Source: Parvularia atlantis
Taxonomy: Eukaryota
Assembly (NCBI GenBank): GCA_943704415.1
Contig: CALSCO010000540.1
Location: 1-43,782, forward strand
Length of the DNA: 43,782 bases
Reading direction: 5' to 3'
The notes beneath the pieces are model-generated. The model was given only the letters and a program-made list of their open reading frames with translations, was not told the DNA's origin and ran no database searches. Positions within the stretch are counted from its first letter, which is position 1; the number at the start of each line of letters is the position of its first letter. Shown here piece after piece: positions 12,501-23,389 of this stretch. Made by a program: the position numbers and the translations under genes.

Positions 12501-15500
12501 GAGAGCTCACGCGAGCGCGCGCGCAGAGCACCGTAGTTGCCATCGCCGCGCGTCTCGGCACGGCGCTGTCGTTTGCACGCGGGCAGCGCGGGTCACTGCT
12601 CGCTGCGCTGGCGCCGTTCCAGGGCGTGCTGGTGCGCGCGCGAGCGCGCGCGGCCGCCGCTGGGAATGCCGACTCACCGCACATCGCCGTCCGCAGCTTC
12701 CCTTCGTGTGCAGCGTGTCGCTCGGCGCGGCCGCGACGTTCCAGCGCGGGCATGGCGTCGTGCCCCTCAGCGCGTATGAGACGGACCCCGCGTGCGTCGG
12801 CTGCTTGGGCACGGGTGCTGCCGCCGTGGGGAGGTGCTGACGCGCGGCATTGCCAGGTCGCCGTGGGTCGGCTTCAAGGCGTTCTTTGTGGCGATCCTGG
12901 GCACGCTGCCCCAGTCGCAGCCGTGGAACGCCGAGACCGAGTCGCAGGCCATCCGCGGTGCGCAGCATGTGCGCATCTGCTGCGGCGCACTCATCCGGCG
13001 CTCGCGCCAGCGCTAAGCATCGTCACGGCCGTCGTGCGCCAGCTCGCGTTCAACGATGACACGGTCTACGAGCTCGCCTTCCAGATGGTGCTGTCGTCGC
13101 TGCTCACGGTCGACTCGTCCGACGAGGTGAGTGTGACTGGCAGAACGCCGCCGCTTGCTCAGCCATTGGCTGCGTGCAGGTCGCCCGGCTCGTGCGCTCG
13201 CAGCTGATGGGCCTCAACTGGACGCAGACGGCCGTCAACATGATGACGCTGCAGGTGCGTGCGCCGCCCAATGCGACTATCGGTGCTCAGCGCCCGCGTG
13301 AATGCAGGAGACTGAGCGCTGGTTGAGCGCGCGCCCGGCACCCGTGCGCAACCACTGCCTCTGCTTCGCGCTGCACGTCATAGCGGTCGGCAAGTGGGAG
13401 CGCATGCTGGTGGCTGCGAGCCGGCCGGGTGACGAGGTGCGTGTGCGCGCTTGGGCATGCGCGACAGTGGCTGACCGAGCGGAGCGTGCAGGCCGCCCTG
13501 GGCGCCGAATTTATCGCGACCCTACTCAACATCGCGGTTGCTTTCCTGGAGCACTGGCGGCGAATCCTGATGCAGCCGACGGTGCGCAACCGCCCGTTCC
13601 GTGCGTGTGTCCTCTCACTGCTCGCCGGTCGCCAGGACCGCAAGGTGCTGCTGACGCTAGTGTCACGGCTCATCAACGAGGTCGACTGGCAGCGGCTTAG
13701 CGCAGCGCTGTACCTGCGGGTGCGTGCCGAGCGCAGCAGTGGAGGAATGTGGTGTCTGACGACGGCGCGTGCAGGTGCTGGACCACCGCACAAGGGGCAA
13801 CTGGGCGCTGATCGCAGCCTCGTCCCCGCCGGTGCCCGCGGCCGACCAGGAGGAAGCCCAGCTGCTGACTGCGTGCGTGCGCACGCGTCTCGCTCGTTTC
13901 GCAGCCTGCACCGCTCACACCGGGCCGCCGCGCAGCCTGCATCAGCTGCTGATCACGGCGACCGACAGCGTCGTGGACCGCACCGGGATGATACTGCGGA
14001 TGCAGTGCGTCGCGCGCATCGCTGAGCGTGTGCTCGTGCGTTGACCGCTCGCGCAGGGTACCCGAGGACCGCCAGCGCATCCTCGACAAGCTGCGCGCTT
14101 GGACGGCATACACCGCGTCGGTCATGGCCGCGGCGGCCGTCGGCAAGGTGCGCTGCGGGGATGCGCTGCTGCAGCCGTCCTGACGCTGCTGAGGTTCACC
14201 AGGCGCCCGCACCGAGGCCGCTGCCGGAGATGCTCAACGGCGTGATGACGCACCTCGACTATTTTGCGAGCGCACTCCCGTCGCCGGAGAAGGACGCAAT
14301 CATGCTGCCGATGGTGGCGTGCTTCGTGCGCTGCGTGGTGGCGCCGCGCCACTCACGGCCCTTGTGCGATGCGCACAGGTGTCGGAGCTGCTGCGCGTGT
14401 TCAACACGATTCCGCAGACGGGCCAGCTGACCGACTCGCTCTGGGCCGCCCTGGTGCAGTCGGTGAGCTCAGCCGTGCTGGTGCGTGCACCTGGCATGCG
14501 TTCGCAGTGCGTGGCATGACGCGCCGTCGCACGCTCGCGCCTCGCCTCAGCTGCCGACCGTGACGCTGACGGGCGCGTGCTTCGCGCTGCACGCCGTGCG
14601 CGACATGGTGCGGCTGACCGAGCTGTGCTTCGAGCGCATCTTTGCGCTGCAGCGCAGCCCCGACGGTGCGCTCCGCACGCTTGCCCGTCTCTTGCTGACC
14701 TGCTTCTTGTGCGCAGTGTGGCACCTGGCCCAGTCGCACCTTGTCCTGCCCGAGCTTGACGCGTCGCAGAGCGAGTTTGTGAGTTCGTGCGTGAGCGACT
14801 CGCGCATCTTCACGCTCTTTGCCTACACGCTCAAAAAGGTTCGCCGCGTGCGCATGCTGCGTCGGCCGCGCTCACACAGGCCGCACAGATGGAAACGCCC
14901 ACGCCCGACATCAAGGCGGTCGTTACGGTCGAGCTCGCGCAGTGGATCGAGCAAATCCGCCCGCCGGACGCGGTCGGGGGCGTCAAGATGGTCCTGCTGA
15001 TCGTGCGGCTGGCCGACGTGCGTCTTTTTTTCCTTGTTTGCACGAGCTCGCAGCGTGACGCAGCGCAAAAAAAAAAAACGCGCAGCTTATCTACGACGAC
15101 CTCATGCTGAACCAGAACGCGTCCGACCTGCGCCCGCTCATCACGCCGTTCATCCGCGCGCTCGTCCGCCTCGGCGAGGACCGCACGAGCAGCGGCGTCT
15201 TTGGCTCGCTCGGCTGGGGCGCCGCGTCGCCCTACTCACCCGAGTTCCGGTGCGGCGCCTCGTGCGGCGGCCGTGACCCTTCTCGCTGACCTCATGTCGT
15301 GCGCGAAGCTGGTTCGTCAAGTCGCTGGCCGCGTTCATCGGCAGCCGCTTCATGGACCCCAAGTTTGGCTACCCGCACCCGGACAAGCTGATGGACGCCG
15401 TTGGTGCGTTGAAGCGATCGCGCTGCACTTGAAGAGCTGACGGGCTGCGGTACACTGGCAGTATCGGCCAAGCGCACGCGCGAGTATAGCAAAGTGGCCC

Positions 15501-15634
15501 GCGCGGACGCGACGCTCGAGGCGCTCAACCGGCGCGGCTCGACCATGGCCGACCTGCCGACCTTTGCGCGGCAGCAGATCGGGCAGCTCTTCCCGGCCGA
15601 CGTCGCGCTGTGGTCGGCTTTTGCGACGCGTTAG
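3915..15634 (+). CDS. EPG5: EPG5 autophagy tethering factor homolog, dozens of short introns
   Basis: N-terminus MEAVRPRPK. Recognisable EPG5 blocks: VSALLRFG...HILLFMLSCPGIAEW, PLERFCIYRWAQ...HPLAPMYWQ, and C-terminal LGEDRTSSGVFGSLGWGAASPYSPEFR. ATG 3915, TAG 15632-15634. Confidence 0.85.
6463..6525. repeat. (CT)n microsatellite inside an EPG5 intron
   Basis: About 31 uninterrupted CT units between a GTGCG donor and a CTGAC...CAG acceptor. Confidence 0.97.
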
Positions 15635-15686
15635 CGCGCGCTTTCAGATTGTGTACACGCAGGTGAGGCCGCCGCGGAGAGAGATC

Positions 15687-18200
15687 TCACTGCGCCGAGG
15701 GCACGGAGGCAAGGGGCGGCTGCACCATGCGCTTGCTCTTGTCGAAGACGTAACGGTGAAAGCGCAGCACGATCTGCGGCAGCGGGTCCTTTGTGGCCGA
15801 CGCAGCGCCGGCCTCGTCCGCCTCGTCATCCTTGTCCTTGTCCTTGTCCTTGCCCTTGCCGCCCTTCTTGGGCCGGTGCAACTGCGCCTTGAGCGCGGCC
15901 GGCACGCCCTGGCGGAACACGACGCGGAACTTGCCGCTCTGGCCAAACGTCGACTCGATCTCGCCGGCCTCGCCTGCGCCCGCCGTGAGCGCGCACGCCC
16001 GCGCAGCTCAGCCAAAGCGCGCACCCGTCGTGAGCTGCACGCGCATGCCGAGGTACAGCTCAATCTTGGACTCTTTCTTGAACATGCCCTTGCAGATGAC
16101 GGTCGTGTCGTCGTGCATCTGGCGCGGCGCAAGTCAGCGGTGAGCGGGACGCAAGACGAACGCGCGCCGCACCCGGTCGATCGACCCGACGCGCTCCTTG
16201 ACCTTGAACACGCGTAGTCGCGGCACGGTCGCGTCGTGCTGCGCGGGCGTGAGAAACAGCACGTCGCTCATGACGCCGTGGAAGGCCATGCGGCACGTGT
16301 TGGCGTCTGAGCGCGCGATCAGCGGCTCACGCGGCCGTCACAGCGCGGCGCGCACGCTGGTCCACGTCAAGACGCGACGCAATCACGGCGGTCGCTCGCG
16401 GGCACGGGATCGGCTGCTGGAACTCAAGCAGCGCCCACTGGTACTGCTCGCTGCACGCGCGCGCTCCGTGTGTCAATGCTTGCAGCCGCACGCAAAAACG
16501 AACCAACCTGACGGCCGTGCTCGACATCGCCGTCAGCTCGTCTTGCCACGGGTGATCGCGCTCAAAGTCGAACGTGACCGAGCGTGTTGCCACGCGCGTC
16601 CCCGGTGCGGTCTGGTCGGGCGCGCCAAAGGGCTCGGGCAGGCCGAAGAAGGTCGCGGTGCACATGACGGTCTCGTGCCCAATCGAGACTGAGACGCGCG
16701 CACGCGCAGTCAGAACGAGCTCAGCGCGGGCAGACACAGAGCACGTACCGTGGAAGCGTGTGCGCGACAGGCACGGCGCCTTGAAGAAGCGGATCTTGGT
16801 CACGCGCGCGATCGCGCCGACGACAATTGGGACGCTGCCGGGCTTGGCGACGATGCCGCGCTCGACCGTGGCCGCGTCGAGCTGCGTTCTGCGCCCGCGC
16901 GCGTGATCAGCAGCAGCAGCTTCGTGAAGGCGCCGTCTCGCACATGCTCATGCCGACGCGGTCGCCCTGCACGGCGCGCTGCACGGGCTTGTGGAACATC
17001 TGCATCGACTTGACCTTGCGCTGCAACTGCAGCGTCGGCAACTCGACGGTCTGCAGCGCCGTGACCAATCAGCAGCCGTCACGGGCCGACGCGCACGGCA
17101 GCGGCGCACGTCGCCCAGGGCCACGGCGCCCTGCAGCACGGTGCCGGTCATGATCGTGCCCTGCCCGCGGATCGCGAAGCTGCCCGGTCGGCGTTGAGCG
17201 GCTGCACACGGCCGAGCAGCGCGCCGCACCAGTGGTCGACGGCGAAAAGCAGATCGCCGTCCTCGTGCCGGTCGGGCCACCGCAACGCGCCGCGCAGCGT
17301 CTCGACGAGCGCATCGAGGCCGATGGTCTCGACGGCTGCGGCCGCGATCAGCACGAGGCGCGCGGCAGGGCGACGCGACGCGGCGGCGGCGGCGCACGCT
17401 GCCGCTCGTCGTCGCGCGCGCCGACGTTGGCCGCGACGGGGACGATCGGCGCGCCGGCGAAGCGCGTGGCGGCGAGGGTCTTGCGCAGCCCCGCGGCCAT
17501 CTGCGCGATCGTCAGCCGAGGACGCGAAGAAAGGGCGACGAGGCCGACGCGGGCGGCGCGGCGCGCCTTGTCGATCTTGGCCTGGCGCGCGTCCGGCGGG
17601 TACACGTCGACCTTGTTGAGCACGACGATGAGGCGGTCGCAGGTGATCTCGCCAATCACGAGGCACTGCGCGGGCGCGGCCGACGTGAGCAGGAGGAGCA
17701 CGACGCGAGCCAGCACCACGACGTGAGCCAGTAGCACGAGAGAGCGCACCTCGGCCGTCTGCGTCTGGATGCCCTTGCCCGCGTCCACCACGAGCAGCAG
17801 CAGGTCGATGATGTGCGCGCCGCCGATGATCGTGCGGATGAGCGACGCGTGCCCGGGGCAGTCAACGAGGGTCACCTGGACGTGCTGCACGCCGTGCTCT
17901 GCGCGCATCGACGGCGCGTCGGCACGGCGCGAGGGCGCACGAGCAGCCGCCGTGCACCGGCAAAGTGCGCCGGCGCATCCGTTGCGAAGGCCGAGAAGCC
18001 CAGGTCGAGCGTGATGCCGCGCGCCTTGCTCTGCGGGTTCTTGTCGAACGCGGCGGTCGACGCGACCTTGCTCAGCGCCTTGGCTGTGCGACGATCAGCG
18101 TGCCGGGGCGCAGCGACGCGCGTCCTGGCCGCGCACCGAGGTGCGTCTTGCCAGAGTCGACGTGCCCGACGAGGCCCACGTTCACATTGATCGTCGCCAT
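15687..18200 (-). CDS. EEFSEC: Selenocysteine-specific translation elongation factor (eukaryotic SelB), multi-exon
   Basis: MATINVNVGLVGHVDSGKT (G1), AFDKNPQSKARGITLDLGFS, LVDCPGHASLIRTIIGGAHIID, NKVD (G4), DHCFAIRGQGT, and a C-terminal K-rich patch followed by IVLRFHRYVFD. Confidence 0.95.
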
Positions 18201-18268
18201 CCAAGTCTGCGATGCGCCCCACACGTCCACTGTGAAGTTGAACAGAACGTGCACAGGCAGCCTGAGGC

Positions 18269-18808
18269 TCACAGACGGAGGGCGGCAAGCCTGGGCATCT
18301 CGCTCTTGGCTCGCTGAACCCACTCGTCGCTGATCTTGTCGAACTGGATCATATCGCCGAGGCCGATCAGGACGGCCGACCGTCGGAGTCGTGCGCGGCT
18401 CACTCGGGCTGCCCACGGGAAGGCTCTTCTTGGGAAGGCCGACGTGCTCCCAGCGGACCTCGTGGTGCTTGTAGCCGCCGCACTTGGCCATGTGGTCGGT
18501 CGCCGCGATCGCCGCCTTCTTGACCGTGACGTCGTCGCTCCGGTCGGCAGCTGAGCGGTGCAGTCCGTTCGCTGACCGGTCTCGTTGTCGGCCGACGTGC
18601 CCGCGTAGCCCTTGAACCTGCTCGTCAACCAGTACTCGAGGCCGCCGTGGCCTTGTCGTCGACAGCAACGCGGACGGTCTCGCCCAGCCGCTGAGACCGC
18701 TGTCTTCAGTTTAGCGACGCGGCGCGCACCCGTAACTCGGGCGCCGCTGTGCATGTAACTGTGCATGGTGCCGGGAGGTGCAGCTAACGAGCCGGCTGCA
18801 TTCGCCAC
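18269..18808 (-). other. Coding-like segment of unknown nature (small spliced gene or decayed gene) directly upstream of EEFSEC
   Basis: GC3-rich codon runs in different frames (LEYWLTSRFKGYAG; DDVTVKKAAIAATDHMAKCGGYKHHEVRWEH; AVLIGLGDMIQFDKISDEWVQRAK). No clean splice model found. Confidence 0.3.
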
Positions 18809-18977
18809 GGCAGCCGCCGTGTCTTGCAGCGCAGCCGCGTCGCAAGCCAGCCGAATCTGCGCCGATCTGCGCGCCGGTTCAGTTTCGTCTCAGCATCGAC
18901 TGTCTACCGGCGGGCCTGCGCTCATGTTTTGCCATCGTTTGCTTCGAGAACATTCGGCGGTTACGGATTTGAACCGG

Positions 18978-20431
18978 ATGGACGACGCCGCGCCGCCTCA
19001 GGACGCGCTCGCGCTGGCCGTGCGCGGGGGCGAGGCGTTGTGCCGCGCGATCGCGCTGTGGCTGGGCCTGGCGCGCGACTTTGCGACGGCCGGGCTGGGC
19101 GCGTTCGTGTGGCGTCTGCGCGAGCTGCTGACGGGGCGTCTCCTTCGGGTGCGTCGTCGCCGCGTCGTTGCCACCCCCTCTCACGCCGCAGTGCAGCGCC
19201 CGCCGCCCGCAAAAGGGCGCAACAAGCGGCGGCTCGCGCGGCGCTACATGCAGGCCGTGGCGCAGCTCGAGGAGGCGGTGCAGCAGCAGCAGCCGCAGCC
19301 CGACCCCGCTGCCTTTCTCGGCGACTGGACCGGTGCGCCCTCCTCCCTCCCCTCCCTCTTTCCTCCTTTTCTCACGACGCGCGCGAACGCACCGCAGACA
19401 ACACGCTGCGCACGTTCAGTGCCGGCCTCACCGAGCTGCTGCACCACGCCGGCCGCGCGCTGACCGCCACGGGCGACGTCCTCGCTCTCCCCGCGGCCGC
19501 GCCCCAGGACGACGCGTGCGACAAGGTCGCTGCCGCCTTCTACAACGAGGGCCACGAGATCGCGCGCGCGCTCGCGCCTGCCGCGGCCGCTGTGACGGCT
19601 CCCGATGCGCCCGTCGACGCGGCGAGCGCAGAGCGGTTACGGTGCGTGACACGTGTGCGCGGCAACGATCGCGGCCGCGTTGCTAAGGCACACGCACGCG
19701 CGCGCGTCGGCAGGCAACTCGAGGACGAACTCGCGGCGTTGCGCGAGCAGATCGCGGCGCTCGTCGCGGGCCAGGGCTCGGTCCCGCCCACGCCCGCCGT
19801 CGAGGACGCGCCCGTGATGGCCGGGGCGGCAGGCGCGCCGCCGCCACCGCCACCACCACCACCACCACCACCACCGCCGCCCGTCTACACCGGGCCGGAG
19901 CCGCTCGTGATCAGGCGCAAGGTGCGCGACAGCAACAACAGCCGCGGCGTGGCGAGATCTGAGCCGCTCGCAGGACGCCGACAACAGCGAGAATGTGGCG
20001 CCGGGCGGCGCGCCGCGCAAGTCGATTGCGCCCGCCGAGCTCGTCCAGGGCATCCCGGATGGGGCGCGCAAGCTCAAGAAGACCCGTCGGCTGTGCGTGC
20101 GCCGCCGCTGTGCCGCGTCGCAACTGACCGGGCGGCTCGTCGGCAGCTCGGCAGGTGGCACGCTGCATACGTCGCCCAAGCGCAGCCTGCCCACGGCCAG
20201 GAGCGCCGCCGACATCATCGCCGAGGCGCTGCAGGTGCGCGGATCCGCCTTGTCACGTCATCGCTGCCGCTGACCCATACGCCCGCGCGCGCGCGTGTGC
20301 AGCGCAAGTTTGCCAACGCGAGCGAGGGCGGGCGGACGAGCCTCGCCCCGGGACGGCTCGGCGCAACCATGTCGTCGCCCTCGCGCCTGAGCATCGCCAC
20401 CACGGCGGCCGACGACGCCTGGGCCGCGTGA
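18978..20431 (+). CDS. Mitochondrial fission regulator (MTFR1/FAM54)-like protein, multi-exon
   Basis: Motif order matches the MTFR1 family: QLEDELAALREQIAALV, polyproline, KLKKT...GGT, then DIIAEALQ|RKFA, which is joined across an intron. Confidence 0.7.
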
Positions 20432-20502
20432 GCTGCGCGGCGTTGTGAAGCAGTTTCCCGTTTTGTCGTCTGCACAGGGCTCACAAAGCACGTGGCGAAG
20501 CA

Positions 20503-23281
20503 TCACGAGGCGCCTTTCCTCGCGCGGCGCGTCCGGCGGCCGTTCGCCGCCGTGTCGACCATGTGGCTCGAGACGAGCGCCGAGTCAGACACGCGACGTC
20601 TTTGGCTGCGCAGCGACGTCGCCTTGGCCTCGCGGGCGTGCTCGTTCGCGTCCGTGCGTCCGTCGTCTGGCAGCGGCCCGTCAGCTCATCAAGCACACGC
20701 TTGTCAGCGCGCACCCATCCCGCCGTCTCGTTCTGCACCGGTCCGCTCGTCATCGTCCGCGTCGGGCTGGTCTGCCACGCGCACAACCATCAGCACGCAC
20801 GTTGTCGCGCGCACAAGCACAGCCGCACCGTCGTCCCCGTTAACCGTGCCGTCCGGCGACGCGCGCGTGATGACCGGGTGGTGGTGGCTCTTGAACTTGT
20901 GGTGCAGCTGTGGCCGGCCGCCCGAGATGACGCCACTGCGTACGATGTCAGCACACTATGAACATGCACGCGGGCAGACCACGCACGTCGACGGCTCGTC
21001 GTCCTGCTGCTGTGTGTCGGGCACGAGGTGGCCGTCGGACGGGTTCGACAACACGTGCTCGGACGACCCGGACGCGTCGTGCACAATGCGCTTCGACATG
21101 AACACGTGACCCTGCGGTGCGGGCGGCGTGAGCATGTGCGGCTACCGCAGCGTGGCCTCTCGTCGCACCTGCGAGTGGCCGAAGCCCTGTTTCTGCCAGA
21201 AGCGCACAGCGGGCGAGTCGGCCTGGGTGTCGATGAACAGCATGCGGGCGCCGTCGGCGATGGCGACCTGTGCGCGCGGGTGGCGCCGTGAGCCGAGCGA
21301 ACGCACGTTGCGCGCCCGCGCGTGCCTCCTTGAAGTGCTGGAACAGCTGCACGCCAATGCCCTGGCCCTGGTTCTCGGGCGACACGCCCAGCCAGATCTG
21401 CGCGGGCCGTTCAGCAGCCACGTCCCAGCTGCACGGAGCGCGCGGGCGGGCATGCACCAGGTAGCCGTACTTCCACGCCGAGCGCTTCTTCTTGATCGTC
21501 GTGCCGAGGCTGAAGCCGACAATACGGTCATCGATCTCGGCCACGAGGCAGAACTCTGAGTCGGTCTCGAATAGGTCCAGCACCTCGGCCTGCTCCCAGA
21601 AGCGGAACAGATTAGGCGAGCGGCGGTCGCCAAAGACGCGCTCGCCGAGCTCGTACACCTGCGCGCACGCTGCTCAGGCTGCACCGCAGAGAGCGCACAG
21701 GGGCACACGGCCGCACCTCGTTGATGTCGTCGATGACCATCTCCCGCACCGAGACCGTCTTGCGCTTGCGCTTGGCCGCCGCCGTCAGCGCCTGGTCGTC
21801 CGCAGGCGCAGAGGCGCTGGCGAGCGACATGGCCGTGTCTTCCGACGCGGTCGACTGCGTGCGGCGGCCTGAGCGGCGCGGGCCCGGCGGCGTGCCGTGC
21901 TGCGGTGTGCCGTGCGGCGGCGTGGCGAGGATGGACGAGTGCGACGCCTATTGCGCGCTCGTCAGGGACGCGTTGCCGCAGCACGCGCGCGGCGTCACGC
22001 ACGTTTGCGGCAAGGGATAGCGCGCTCGGCGACTCGGCCGCATCCGACAGCTCCGACTGCTGCGACACGTTGAGCGACATGTACACGTGCTGGATCGGCG
22101 TGCCGAAGCCTGATGGCGGGCGCGCGTGAGACCAGCGCCGCACGTCAACGACGCCGTGCACGCACCGAGCTTGACAAAGAACGAGCGCGCCATGTAGTTG
22201 TCGCTCGGCGTGTCACACAGGATCATGCGCACACCGGCCTCCTTCATCAGCGGCGCGACTTGCGATGCGCGGCAACGGCGTCACACGCACGCACACACAG
22301 GCCACGAGCGCGCACCGCGGTTGTACAGCTCGGTGGCGATGCCGCGGCGGCGGAAGTTGGGGTCGACGGCGATCCTGGCGCGGCGCGCGTCAATCGCCCG
22401 AGCGTGCAGCACGTGCACGAGTGCCGGCGCACCAGTGCACGTAACTGCGACGCGCACACACATCGTCAGTGAGCGTGCCCACGTTGCAGCGGGCGGGCGC
22501 GCACACCCGTAGCGCCACGAGTTGCGCTTCTTGATCTCGTCGCCAAAGATGAAGCCGATCAGCTTGCGGTCGGACGTCTCGGCGACGAAACACATGTTGT
22601 TGTCGCTGCCGTCCGCGGTCAGCATGCGCCAAGCGTGCGTGCACACGCGTGCCTCGAGAATGCGTCGATGACCTCGTACTCGTCCCACAGGCTGCGCAGG
22701 ATGTGCTGGTGAGCGGCACGGCACAGCGCGCGAGCCGAGCGCGCGCACCGGTACAGGTTTGGGAACTGCGATGTGAACACCTTCTCGCCTAGGTGGAAGC
22801 ACGCGGCACAGTCTTTGAGTTGCATCGGGCGAATGTGGTACTCGAACGTGGAGCTGGCGGGGGCCTGCTCGCCGCGTCCCCACGTGCGCACGTGCGCGCC
22901 GTCAGCGCCGCCGTCCCGCGTCCCACCGCGCCACACGCGCACACGCGCCTGCGTCAGCTTCTCGCGGATTACGGCGGCCTTTTTCTGCGCCGTGCGCCGC
23001 TCGGCCATCGCCGCGGCCGCGCTGCCGTTGGCGCCGTTGCGTGCCTTGCGCGGGGGCGTCGAAAGCGAGGGCGAGGGCGAGGGCGAGGGCGAGGGCGAGG
23101 GCGAGGGCGCATCGCCCGTGCGCGCGAGCGATCGCACGAGCCTGCACGCCCCGTCACACTCTCCGCACCTCAATCGCATCGTACCGCAGCACAGCACGCA
23201 CCGCTTGCCCGCCGCCTTCGCGTCCGACACGGCCGCCTTGTGCTTGCGCTTGCGCGCGGCGCTGACCGAGGCCGGATTCAT
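20503..23281 (-). CDS. Protein with two tandem GNAT N-acetyltransferase domains, multi-exon
   Basis: Domain 1: IRPMQLKD...PNLYR.WDEYEV...YGYVHWIAVDPNFRRRGIA...FFVKLGFG. Domain 2: VREMVIDD...PNLFRFWEQAEV...WKYGYLIWLGVSPENQGQGIG...FWQKQGFG. The N-terminus is basic and Ser-Pro rich. Confidence 0.85.
23066..23109. repeat. (GAGGGC)n hexamer repeat encoding (SP)n in the GNAT N-terminus
   Basis: About 7 tandem GAGGGC units seen directly. Confidence 0.9.
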
Positions 23282-23295
23282 CGATCGTCCGGTGC

Positions 23296-23325
23296 TCGAT
23301 ACTCGAGTATCGAATCGAGTATCGA
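23296..23325. promoter_or_regulatory. Perfect 18-bp palindrome plus direct repeat in a 108-bp divergent intergenic gap
   Basis: TCGATACTCGAGTATCGA at 23296-23313, with TCGAGTATCGA repeated at 23315-23325. Regulatory function is inferred from position only. Confidence 0.5.
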
Positions 23326-23389
23326 CTTGTCATTTTAGTTGTGCCCTTTGCCAACTCGGCGCCCTCTCGTCGCCCCCTCCCCGGTCTCG

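Noticed and set aside
15067..15078. A-run (and T-run near 35847) as retro-insertion tails
   Set aside because: Short homopolymers inside ordinary introns, with no associated element.
15687..18200. EF-Tu/eEF1A call
   Set aside because: The RGITLDLGFS and DCPGHASLIRTIIGGA motifs and the C-terminal extension are EEFSEC-specific.
18269..18808. Selenoprotein or SECIS beside EEFSEC
   Set aside because: No UGA in a redox-motif context and no convincing SECIS hairpin by eye.
19838..20090. Formin/WASP call for the polyproline protein
   Set aside because: No FH2, WH1 or acidic VCA region; flanking motifs fit MTFR1 better.
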